Part shown: positions 47,249 through 55,971 of the stretch, piece by piece | Numbering within the stretch: the stretch's first letter is position 1 | Layout of the letters: every line of letters begins with the position of its first letter | From: Bryobacterales bacterium | Lineage (GTDB): Bacteria; Acidobacteriota; Terriglobia; Bryobacterales; UBA6623 | Assembly (NCBI GenBank): GCA_965219585.1 | Contig: CBDCOA010000003.1 | Coordinates: 1,233,375-1,297,374, forward strand | Reading direction: 5' to 3' | DNA length: 64,000 nt | Made by a program: the position numbers and the translations under genes | Notes under the pieces: generated by a model | Told to the model about the DNA's origin: nothing | The model's database searches: none | What the model saw: the letters and a program-made list of their open reading frames with translations, nothing else

Positions 47249-47949
47249 ACGCCGCTGGCTGGCACGGGGAACTCGCAGCGCCTGAGGCACGCTCCCAATG
47301 ATCGGGCTGCGGCCGCCGAATTGCGGCGGAGGCTCATCAGGCCCGACCAACGGCCGCGTGCTCGCAGCGCCTGTCCGATCACGCTCCACGCAGACAGCGA
47401 GCCATCGGAGCGGATCGCGCGATCGAAGTCCACAGGCAGGTCCTCCGCGGCGAGATCGCTGATCGCCCGGACACAGAAGAATGGCAAGCCGTGCTCCCTG
47501 GCCACGGCGGCGACCGATGACGCCTCCATGTCAACGGCCTGGGCGCCCTGCCCCCAAAGCTCGCGCTTGGCCGAAGCTGACTGCACCACCCGGTCCACGG
47601 TCAGCAGCTCGCCGCGCCGCACGTCGCCGAGCGACCCGGCAGGGGACCGGCTGGCGAACTCCCCCTCGTCACCGCGGACAGAATCCGCGACGAACACGTC
47701 GCCCGCCAGAAAAGACGGGTTCAGGGCACCTGCGAACCCGGTCGAAATCACGGCCCGAACCGATTCCTTGGACACGATCGCTCGCGCGGCCGCGGACGCA
47801 CGCGCGCGGCCCGCGCCGTTCGCGACCAAGATGGCCTGGTCTCCCGCCAGATCCAGCGTCGCAGCCCAGCGCAGGCCTGCCGTGGCGCAAGGCTTGCACG
47901 TTCGGAGGCCTGCGAATTCGAAGGAAAACGCTGCGATTAGCAAGAGCAT
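47245..47949 (-). CDS. nucleoside phosphorylase / nucleosidase family protein (PNP_UDP_1 fold; MTA-nucleosidase- or HpnG-like)
   Basis: 234 aa with ...ISTGFAGAL.P....GDV.VA..V and ...AVDMEASSVA..A...GLPF...RAISD, as in MtnN/HpnG-type enzymes. I cannot assign a subfamily by eye. Confidence 0.65.
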   Translation of the reverse strand: MLLLIAAFSFEFAGLRTCKPCATAGLRWAATLDLAGDQAILVANGAGRARASAAARAIVSKESVRAVISTGFAGALNPSFLAGDVFVADSVRGDEGEFASRSPAGSLGDVRRGELLTVDRVVQSASAKRELWGQGAQAVDMEASSVAAVAREHGLPFFCVRAISDLAAEDLPVDFDRAIRSDGSLSAWSVIGQALRARGRWSGLMSLRRNSAAAARSLGACLRRCEFPVPASGV

Positions 47950-48147
47950 GCCAGAGAACCGTGGCGCCAGCCCTCGCGCGAGCCAGCGCTAGTGCCGACT
48001 TTTATTTTCGCACCCTCCGAACACAGAGCCACCAAAATGCTCCGGTGCGCCAAGCTGACACCCAGGTAGCTGGGATGGGATGCACCCCTCGCGGCTCGGG
48101 CAGGAGCGGATCTCCCCGGGCACATCCGGCCTGGCTCCGAACGCCCG

Positions 48148-48951
48148 CTATCCGCCGCCTGATTTCATCGCTGTCTTGGGGTCTTCGCGCACGCGCGCCT
48201 GCAGCCGGCGCATGCCGCGCAGCCAGCGGTCATAGTCGGACGCCTTGCGGCGCATGTACTCGGCCACTTCGGGATGCGGCAAGATCAAGAAACGCTCCTC
48301 CGCCAAACCCTCCACGACGGCATCGGCAACCTCGTAAGGTTCTATGGCCCCGGGTGTGAGGAAATTGTCGCGTTCGCCGCGTTCGCCCAGCAGCAGCCGC
48401 GTGCGCACTCCCTGAGGGCAGAGCACGGAGACGCCGAGCCCCTGGTCGCCGTAGCTGACCGAGAGCCACTCGGCCAAGGCCACCGCGGCGTGCTTGGTCA
48501 CGGCATAAGCCAGCGAGCCAATCTGCGTCAGCACGCCGGCAGCGGAGGCCGTGTTGAGCAGGTAGCCTTCGCCTCGTGCCGTCATCTTCGGCACTAGATT
48601 CCTCGCAGCGTACAGATGCGAGCGGTAGTTGACGTCAAATACGCGCTCGAGATCCTCGTTGGATACCTCGGGCCCGCCGGGATGGGAGATCCCGGCATTG
48701 GAGCAGAACAGGTCGATTGCCCCGAATTCCTCTTCGACCGAGGCGATCAGATCGTTGACCGCGGCTTCGGAACGAACGTCGGCAACACGAGCGGCAGCGC
48801 CGATCTCGTCGGCCGTCGCTCGCACGGCAGGGGCATCGAAGTCTGCCGCGACCACGGCCCGAGCGCCTTCCTGCACGAACCGCTCGGCCAGCGCGCGACC
48901 GATCCCGCGCGCAGCGCCAGTGACGACAACTACCTTTCCGTCGACTCGCAT
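48148..48951 (-). CDS. SDR-family oxidoreductase
   Basis: I took the start at MRVDGKVVVVTGAARGIGRA (ATG 48951, SD AGGGAG upstream). Also carries NAG and Y...K motifs. Confidence 0.85.
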   Translation of the reverse strand: MRVDGKVVVVTGAARGIGRALAERFVQEGARAVVAADFDAPAVRATADEIGAAARVADVRSEAAVNDLIASVEEEFGAIDLFCSNAGISHPGGPEVSNEDLERVFDVNYRSHLYAARNLVPKMTARGEGYLLNTASAAGVLTQIGSLAYAVTKHAAVALAEWLSVSYGDQGLGVSVLCPQGVRTRLLLGERGERDNFLTPGAIEPYEVADAVVEGLAEERFLILPHPEVAEYMRRKASDYDRWLRGMRRLQARVREDPKTAMKSGGG

Positions 48952-48961
48952 GAACTCCCTC

Positions 48962-51823
48962 CTACCTAGCGACAGCGGACGATTCGAAGTCAATCCAAAT
49001 CGGCGAAGACCACGCGATCTGGCCGTCCCGCTGAACAATCCGCACATGATAGTGCGCCGAGCCCTCGCCGGGCGCGTCTTCGTCCCGGAAGTCGACCGCG
49101 ACCTCGGACGTGCCGGGCTTGGCGGAGTACAGCACTTCCCCGCTCCGCACGATCTCCAAAGAGTCGACAGGTGCCGTTGCAAACGCGCGGAAGCTGAGCG
49201 ACGGCGGGTTCGAGGCGGCGAGTTCGCCGCCCATCTTCACCATTGGAGCGCTGTCCGCGGTTGCCTCGAACTGCAGCACGATGTTGTCGGTCGCGGCGTA
49301 GCTGCGCCGTTGCTTGATCGCGTCAAGAATCGCAGTGTTGGTGAGTTCGCTGGCCCACGCGCACGCATAGGACTGATGCGTGGACTCGTGGTCTGAGTTG
49401 GCCAGCAAGCCGATGCGCCAGCCGTTCTTCCAAGCATTCCACACGTATCCGGCCGTCGCGGAGGTGTTGGCCTTGCCCGGAGAGTTCGGTTCCTCGTAAG
49501 ACCCTCGCAACGCCTGAAAGACCTCCACGACCGGTTCCGCCCTCGCGTCGTTGTGGTGCCAGTCCGTGCCGCCCCCGCCGGCCGTCGTGTGTGCGATCGC
49601 AATGTCGCCGTGCTTCAGCAACGCCGGGTAGAGGCGGTCGGACCAGCTCTCATTGCCGGTGAACTCCTCGTCGGAAATCGGCACCGGCTGCGCGTCTCTC
49701 CGCGCGGAAATGATGTTGCGGTGACCACCGGGAAACGTGACGGTCCGCTCGTAGCCGAAGAACGTCGCGAACCGCCCGGGCTGATTGAACATGGTCGCGA
49801 TCTGGCGCGTCTTCCACCATTGGTACTTGTAGAAGTGCAGCCGCTCGGCCCCGGAATGGTCGGTCACGGCCAGGAAGTCCAGCGCCCCTGCGTCGAGCGC
49901 GTAGCGGTACTGGAACAAGATGTCGCCGTCCCGCTGGCTGTCCGCCGACAGGTCGGTGTGTCGATGCAAGTCCCCCCGGAACAGGCGCAACGGCCCCTTG
50001 TCCGCCCAGCGGGCGCTGCGAACCCGCTGGAGATCGGCCGCCTCGGACGGAGCGGCGTCCCGGAAGGCCCGGGAGTCGGGGCGGTACGGCCGCATGCGCT
50101 CTTCGGCGCTGGGCTCAGTGGCCAGATCGAGGCTGGCGTACCGCAACTGGGAGGTGTGCACGTGCGGATCTTGGTAGGTCCTGCCGTCTCCGGTCCACAC
50201 GGCCACCGTCTCGCCATCGAGGCGCGCCAGCGCCACCTGCGCGTATGCGCCGCCCGAGCTTAGCGGAAGGTCGGTCACAGGTGACCAACGCACGCCGTCA
50301 AAGGCCGCCATGCGGACTGACGACATGGCGCGGATGGTGTCGTACCAAGGCTGCATGCGTCTTTGCTCGTCGCCGAGCATGACCTTCAACTCGTGCTCTT
50401 CCACGGGCAAGCGCAGGATCATCTTGCGAAAGAGCAGGTGGGGGACATCGCGCTCTCCCATGACCAGTTCCGGGTACTCGTGCATGTCGGACATCCATGC
50501 CGGGACCGACTCTTGAAGCGTTTGAACCGGCTCGGACCAAGCGCCGTTGGCATAGCGGGCCACGCGCACCTCGCTGGTGGCCCGCAACTGCGTTCCGGGG
50601 CGGCCCAAGACACCCCAGTCCTTGCCCCAGTTGGGGCCGCTCTCCGCCCAAGCCACCCACACCCGGTCGGCGGCATCCACCGCCACGGACGGCTCGATCG
50701 CCCGGTTGTGGTCTGCGGGCACCCCGATGATCGCATCGGCGGAGCCGGGCAGCAGTCGCCTGAGGAAAATGTCGTAGCTGCCGCGTTCGTAGCCGTCCCA
50801 AGCCACCCAAACCGACCCATCCGGGGCAGCGGCCAGGTCGGGAGCCCAGTCGTTGGCGTCGGACTCGCTGACCCTGATGGGCGCGGACCAGCCATCCGCG
50901 TCGAAACGCGCCGCCATGACATCGAGCTGGTCGCCTCGGAATTCCTGCCATGCTACCCACGGGCTTCCGTCGGTTGCGGTCACGGCTACGGGAAAGTACT
51001 GTCGCGTGCCCGCTGGAGATACGTAGACCTCCGGGCCCCAGCTCTCCGAGGCAGGATCGAACGCCTTGTCCACAAGCCTCCAGCGACCATCGGCGCACTC
51101 GGTCCACAAGACATGGATCCGCCCTTCGGAATCGCTCGCCACGGCCGTGCCGAAATAGTCCCCCCAGCGCGGGGTAACGCGAAACGTGCGCCACGCATCC
51201 TGTTTCTTCCAAGCGAGATAGAGCGCGTTGGCTTCGTTATGGAACGTAGTCCACGCGACGAAGAGCCCGGCTTCGGTCCATGCCGCCGCGGGGTAGTCAT
51301 GCTGGCTTGCCTCGCCCCTGGTCAGCGCGCGCACGGCGGGAGCAACGCTCGCAGCGACATTCCCGTCGAGCACTTCGATCCGCCGCTTCTGCCTGAGTTC
51401 CGCGAGCGAGAACGAGAAGTCGCCCCGGTTCGTCTGGACCGATACCACCGCGCCCGGCCGCGCCTCGACACCGAGATACACGCCGTTGGGGAGAATCTTG
51501 ACTCCGCCGGGCAGTTCCGCGCGTTGTCGATAGCGGGCATCGGGCGGGCTGTACCAGCGGGTTTCCAGATCCCAGCCCGAGTCCCCGATGATGCGGTCCG
51601 GCCGATCGAAGTGCCAGCCCCACACTGCTTGGACAGCCCCGGGCTCGGCCGTGGCCTGACCAGTCCAACGCTGAGGCTCAGTTGCTCGCAGGCCGAATTC
51701 GAGCTTGACGACGACATTAGCCGTCGGATGGTCGATAACCGTGGTGGGTGTGTCGATAGCCAGAAGCGGGGCGAACTGCAAGCATGCGGCGGCGATACAG
51801 ATCGGTCGGGCTCGTGCAGGCAT
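48962..51823 (-). CDS. large secreted protein: repeated W-rich beta-propeller-like (BNR/sialidase-like) region plus C-terminal PHP-type metal-dependent phosphoesterase-like domain
   Basis: Repeats of the type G.(I/V)WVAW......G...(I/V) occur at least 5 times. Then FRGDLHRHTDLS...DFLAVTDH...GHRN...H, reminiscent of PHP/CehA-type domains. I chose the start at MPARARPICIAAACLQFAPLLA. Confidence 0.6.
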   Translation of the reverse strand: MPARARPICIAAACLQFAPLLAIDTPTTVIDHPTANVVVKLEFGLRATEPQRWTGQATAEPGAVQAVWGWHFDRPDRIIGDSGWDLETRWYSPPDARYRQRAELPGGVKILPNGVYLGVEARPGAVVSVQTNRGDFSFSLAELRQKRRIEVLDGNVAASVAPAVRALTRGEASQHDYPAAAWTEAGLFVAWTTFHNEANALYLAWKKQDAWRTFRVTPRWGDYFGTAVASDSEGRIHVLWTECADGRWRLVDKAFDPASESWGPEVYVSPAGTRQYFPVAVTATDGSPWVAWQEFRGDQLDVMAARFDADGWSAPIRVSESDANDWAPDLAAAPDGSVWVAWDGYERGSYDIFLRRLLPGSADAIIGVPADHNRAIEPSVAVDAADRVWVAWAESGPNWGKDWGVLGRPGTQLRATSEVRVARYANGAWSEPVQTLQESVPAWMSDMHEYPELVMGERDVPHLLFRKMILRLPVEEHELKVMLGDEQRRMQPWYDTIRAMSSVRMAAFDGVRWSPVTDLPLSSGGAYAQVALARLDGETVAVWTGDGRTYQDPHVHTSQLRYASLDLATEPSAEERMRPYRPDSRAFRDAAPSEAADLQRVRSARWADKGPLRLFRGDLHRHTDLSADSQRDGDILFQYRYALDAGALDFLAVTDHSGAERLHFYKYQWWKTRQIATMFNQPGRFATFFGYERTVTFPGGHRNIISARRDAQPVPISDEEFTGNESWSDRLYPALLKHGDIAIAHTTAGGGGTDWHHNDARAEPVVEVFQALRGSYEEPNSPGKANTSATAGYVWNAWKNGWRIGLLANSDHESTHQSYACAWASELTNTAILDAIKQRRSYAATDNIVLQFEATADSAPMVKMGGELAASNPPSLSFRAFATAPVDSLEIVRSGEVLYSAKPGTSEVAVDFRDEDAPGEGSAHYHVRIVQRDGQIAWSSPIWIDFESSAVAR

Positions 51824-52540
51824 CGCCGTGAAGAGTAGCAGTTTTGACCGGCCAGCGTCAGTTGCCGAACGGCGGGAACTGGGCCGAGAAGCACTCGGCT
51901 TGGTGAGACCGGACGGTACGAACATCCTCCGCCTGATCGGAACGAAAAGCGAGCGAACATAATCTTGGGTCGAGCACTTGGTGTCTAACAGCCTCGCCGG
52001 CCTAAAGGAGTTCGCGGGGCGTTAGGCGGAGTGTCAGAACGAGTCCTGGCTTCCAACGGCCTCGGCACCAAGGAGTCCTGCGTCCGAAATACTCGAGGAC
52101 TCTGGCTGCAACGATTTTCTCGTTGGCGTTAGCGGGTGCAAGCATGCGCGGTATTCTTTCATCAGGACAAGGTTCCGAGGTCTATACGGGGCAGGTCCCG
52201 CACGGGTAGGATGGCATTCGTCCAATCGCGCGGTTCCTGCCCCATTTCAATCTGAGCGCCATCTCGACCCGCAGCGTTGCGCATCACAGCCGAAATCGAA
52301 CGTTCGGCAGTTCCCTGAAGTCGTAAGCAGTGCAGATCTCACGCCGGCGGACGAGAAATCCCACGCACTAGATCGTTGTCTCGGCGCAAGCTTGACGATT
52401 GAGGCGAGTTTGATCGTGGGGGGCGATTCTCTGCCGGCTTGACGCTCCGCCTCAGCCGCCTGCGCCGAGGGAACGGAACCTAGCCAGCGGGCCCGCACCG
52501 ACTGCTCCCCGGGCACAATTCCGCCTGCTATCATGCAGCC

Positions 52541-53296
52541 ATGGCTGCTCCCGGCGCACTCTTGGATGCCCGCGCCGACCCGGCTGCGGGACAACCGGTG
52601 GAGTACCCCTTCTCCGACGGCAAGGTCCTGATGGAGACGGATCCGCATGCGCGGTCGATCGTCGCCATACGCGACCAGCTGGATACGCATTTCAAGGCTA
52701 GGCAAGACGCCTACGTGGCAGGCAGCATGGCGGTGTACTACCAACAAGGCGACCCCGCGGCCGTGGTGGTGCCAGACGTGTTCGTGGTGCTGGGCGCTGC
52801 GCACAAGCAGGCGCGCAAGTCGTATCTGCTCTGGGAGGAGGGCGGCGTGGTGCCGAGCTTCGTGGTGGAGGTGGCGTCGCCCTCCACGAGCCGTCGCGAC
52901 GCGACGAGCAAGCGCGCGACGTACGAGCGGATGGGGGTGCTCGAATACTGGCGCTTCGACCCGCTGGGCGAGCTGATTGCGGGGCGGCTGGAGGGCTGGC
53001 GGCTGGCGGGTGGCCGCTACGAGCGGGTGCGGGCTGTGCGAGCGGCTGGCTGGCACCGCAGCGAGGCGCTGGGACTGGAGTTGCGGGCGGAGCGGTGGCT
53101 GCTGCGCTTCCACGATCCACGGCTGGGCCGGGACATGCTGACTCACGCGGAAACCAGCGATGCCCTGCAAGCAACCGCGAGCCAGCGCGACGAGGCGATC
53201 AGCGAACGCGACGAAGCAGTGCGGGAACGCGACGAAGCGAATCAAAGGATCCGCGAATTGGAAGCGCGCCTGCGGTTGTCGGACAAGTCCGCCTAG
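52541..53296 (+). CDS. Uma2-family (DUF820) PD-(D/E)XK endonuclease-like protein with C-terminal coiled coil
   Basis: Motifs PDVFVV...., PSFVVEVASPST...D...K...Y...GV.EYW..DP. C-terminal repeats QRDEAISERDEAVRERDEANQRIRELEARL. Confidence 0.8.
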   Translation: MAAPGALLDARADPAAGQPVEYPFSDGKVLMETDPHARSIVAIRDQLDTHFKARQDAYVAGSMAVYYQQGDPAAVVVPDVFVVLGAAHKQARKSYLLWEEGGVVPSFVVEVASPSTSRRDATSKRATYERMGVLEYWRFDPLGELIAGRLEGWRLAGGRYERVRAVRAAGWHRSEALGLELRAERWLLRFHDPRLGRDMLTHAETSDALQATASQRDEAISERDEAVRERDEANQRIRELEARLRLSDKSA

Positions 53297-53552
53297 GATT
53301 CCAGAGTTCGGAGCGGTTTCCGGCCAACCGCGAACACAATACCGCGCAGGACTTGCCAGTCCCAACTGCGGATACGATTCCTGTTCAGAGGGCGACGGTT
53401 TCAAGCGACGCTTCACAGCAGTGGTTCGGTCTGTGGCTACGGAGGCCGCCACTCAAGAGACCCCTGTCGCCTGTACGGCCCACAAACGAATGACGCTTGG
53501 AAGCCCGCTGGTTCCCGCTCGCGCGCCTTCGCGGGCCTGAGGCTCGGCCTCC

Positions 53553-55384
53553 CTAGATTCCTTGTCTAAGCGTAGCGTTTACGGATGAGTCAAGTTCACG
53601 CGGCGATCGGCTGGCCCTCCCAGAGGCGGTCGATCTCGCGGTCGAAGCGCTGCACGGCCTTCTGCAGGGGCGTGGGGTCGGAAGCGCCGGTGTCGAACAC
53701 CACCGACAGGGACGGGCGCAGCACGCGGGCGTAGGTGCGCTGGAAGCACAGCGCTGTGCGCAGGCCCTGCTCGGTCACGCGGTAGCGGCGCGTGTGGGGG
53801 ATGCGTTCGATCAGCCCGCGCAAGCGCAGACGCCGCAGGTCGTAGGTCATGCGACCCGCTCCCCACGCCTCCGCGCTGCTGCCCAGCAGGGGCGCGACCC
53901 GCTCGCGCAACTGCCGGTGGGTGAAACCGTGCGGCAGCAGCCGGAAGGCCGCCAAGGACGCCAGCAGGGCCTGCACGCGGCGGTCCCCGAAGCGCAGCGA
54001 CGCTGCCCGCTGCCCCGCGATCCGTGCCGCCGCTTGGAGTTGCTCGAAGCGCTCGGCTCCCAGCGTGCAGTCGTGGCTGAGGCGTTCGACGCACAGCAGG
54101 CGTCGGTTGGCTTGGAAGCCGATCTTTTGCAGACTCTCGAGGTTGCCCAGCCGACGCCCGACTCCGAAGTCGTAGCTGTCGTTGATCGTGGTTTCGGTGC
54201 GCAGCGCGCGCCCCTCTTTGAAGTATTGCTTGATGCGGGTCTTCTTGTAGTCGAAGTGCAGCGATGGATCCACCCCGGCGGTGATCACGCGCGTGCGGAA
54301 GCGTGACGGCGTGCGCTTGCTGACCCGGCGCTGGAACACCAGCTGGACATGGTCGGGCCGGCCGATGTCAAGGTTCTCGCGGATGACCTGCTCGAAGAAC
54401 ATGCGCCCCTGCTGCGGCCGGTCGAAGACCTGCGTGAGCGAGAACTCCGCCTGCAGGATGGAGAGTTGGTAGCGCAGCCCCGCGGCGCGGTCTGCGGCCG
54501 TGAACGGATGCGGCAGCCGCGCCAGCCACTTGCGTGCCAAGGCGTCGATCTTGGCGGCGCTGAGCTGGCGGCAGATCTGCGCCAGCCGCTGCGGGTCGTC
54601 GCAGCTGAGGATGCCGTTGTCGAGCGCTTCGAAGGCAATGCCCTGCTTGGCCAGCTGGCGCTTGACGTACTCGTGGCCGTTGATGCAGAGCTTGGCGTTG
54701 TACGGGAAATAGGAGCAGAACTTGAGGAAGAAGGGGCCGAAGTCGTCATCGACGGCGTAGAAGTAGTAGGCGTTGGGCAGGGCCGTGGAGAAGGCCAGCT
54801 CGGGCGAGCGGCGGCCCGTGGCCGGATCGGTCTCGGCCTGGGTGCGCAGCACGCGCGCCTTCTCCTGCGCCTTGCCGATGTACAGCACGCCCTCGCCGCC
54901 GCGCCATTGCCGCAGGTAGGCCTGGGTGCGCTCGTCCTTGCGCTCGCCTCTCTCGAAGCGGATCAAGTCGATGTTGCCCTCGCGGGCGAAGGCCTCGATG
55001 GCGGCTACGAAGCTGCGCGTCATCGGGGCCATCAGGGCCGGGGAGGGCACCGGGCAGCCGCGCACTTGGCGGAAGAACCAGGCCGCCCCGCCCGGGGTCT
55101 GCAGCAGCGGCTGGTAGACATTGAGGTAGAGGCGGTCGCAGCATTCGACCTCCAGGGTGACGTGTTCGGAGATGGCTTCGGCGACGTTGCGTGCTACAGT
55201 CATGGCGCGGGTTCGGGGCGATGGGCTCCCCACAGAACCGTCATGATACGGGCACTGTCGCCTAGGCGACCATACGGCGGCTCCGGCCGCAGAGCGGAGC
55301 AGCGTCCGGAACCCGCACTCCATCCCGAGTATGACCACGCAGCTTCGAACCGAGTCTCGTCGGTCTGAGGCTCAGCCTCGCTAG
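53553..55384 (-). mobile_element. copy 2 of the unclassified 1,832-bp single-ORF repeated element
   Basis: Same length and orientation as copy 1 and bounded CTAG...CTAG. Its 20-nt left flank resembles its own right end at 18/20 positions. Confidence 0.65.
53596..55203 (-). CDS. 535-aa protein of the repeated element (putative transposase, family not recognised)
   Basis: Intact ORF that differs from the copy-1 protein by 17 substitutions and no indels (counted by eye). Confidence 0.6.
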   Translation of the reverse strand: MTVARNVAEAISEHVTLEVECCDRLYLNVYQPLLQTPGGAAWFFRQVRGCPVPSPALMAPMTRSFVAAIEAFAREGNIDLIRFERGERKDERTQAYLRQWRGGEGVLYIGKAQEKARVLRTQAETDPATGRRSPELAFSTALPNAYYFYAVDDDFGPFFLKFCSYFPYNAKLCINGHEYVKRQLAKQGIAFEALDNGILSCDDPQRLAQICRQLSAAKIDALARKWLARLPHPFTAADRAAGLRYQLSILQAEFSLTQVFDRPQQGRMFFEQVIRENLDIGRPDHVQLVFQRRVSKRTPSRFRTRVITAGVDPSLHFDYKKTRIKQYFKEGRALRTETTINDSYDFGVGRRLGNLESLQKIGFQANRRLLCVERLSHDCTLGAERFEQLQAAARIAGQRAASLRFGDRRVQALLASLAAFRLLPHGFTHRQLRERVAPLLGSSAEAWGAGRMTYDLRRLRLRGLIERIPHTRRYRVTEQGLRTALCFQRTYARVLRPSLSVVFDTGASDPTPLQKAVQRFDREIDRLWEGQPIAA

Positions 55385-55470
55385 ATATGAGATGCCTCAC
55401 TAAGGTCTCGGCCCATGACACCACTAGATATGAGATGCCTCACTAAGGTCTCGGCCCATGACACCACTAG
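55385..55470 (+). repeat. perfect tandem duplication, 2 x 43 bp
   Basis: atatgagatgcctcactaaggtctcggcccatgacaccactag occurs twice, starting at the first base after the right CTAG of copy 2. Each unit itself ends in CTAG. Confidence 0.9.
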
Positions 55471-55971
55471 GTGAGTCGGGCTCAAATGACGCCCGTGGCC
55501 TTGAGTGGCTTGAAGCTGCTGGCTGTCAAACGTCGATGCCGCTTGGCACCAGGCATCTCGCATATATCTTCTGTTCACCTACGAGCCACTACTTTGCCCC
55601 TGCGGCTTGCCACCCACCCGGGGAATAACCGATCGCGCCGCCGCGCATCTGGCGGCAGGCGCAGGTCGGGCCCGGACTTCTCCAGCTCGCAGCGCGAACC
55701 CAGGGTTTGGTGAACCTCGCCGCGTCGACGCTCGGGCGAAATTGCAGCGAGACTATCGCGTGGCCACCCTGCTCCATGGGTGCGCGACTTCATTTTGATT
55801 TCTCGGACTTTTGGAGGTTCGAAGTGGGTCAGTATTGCGCGTGGCGATGTGCGGCGGTGCTACAAGTGCCGATGAGGTCGGGCATTGGGTGCGACTCCCC
55901 GTCTGGACCCGGGCAAGTGGTCTGAAGCTAGAGGAGGGGTGGCTCAGCGCTTGTCGGCAGGCGGTTTGCGG

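Noticed and set aside
52247-53452. 401-aa minus-strand ORF
   Set aside because: It overlaps the Uma2-family gene (52541-53296, +), which has clear family motifs. The long ORF is Arg/Pro/Ala-rich with no motifs.
17022-53552. Interpreting the 36.5-kb block between the two element copies as a composite transposon
   Set aside because: The block contains glnE and other core-looking genes. The element family and its mechanism are unknown, and no target duplication flanks the pair. It is kept only as a recombination-substrate observation.
55385-55470. Possible CRISPR or other array
   Set aside because: It has only two directly adjacent identical 43-bp units with no spacers, and there are no cas genes in the window.
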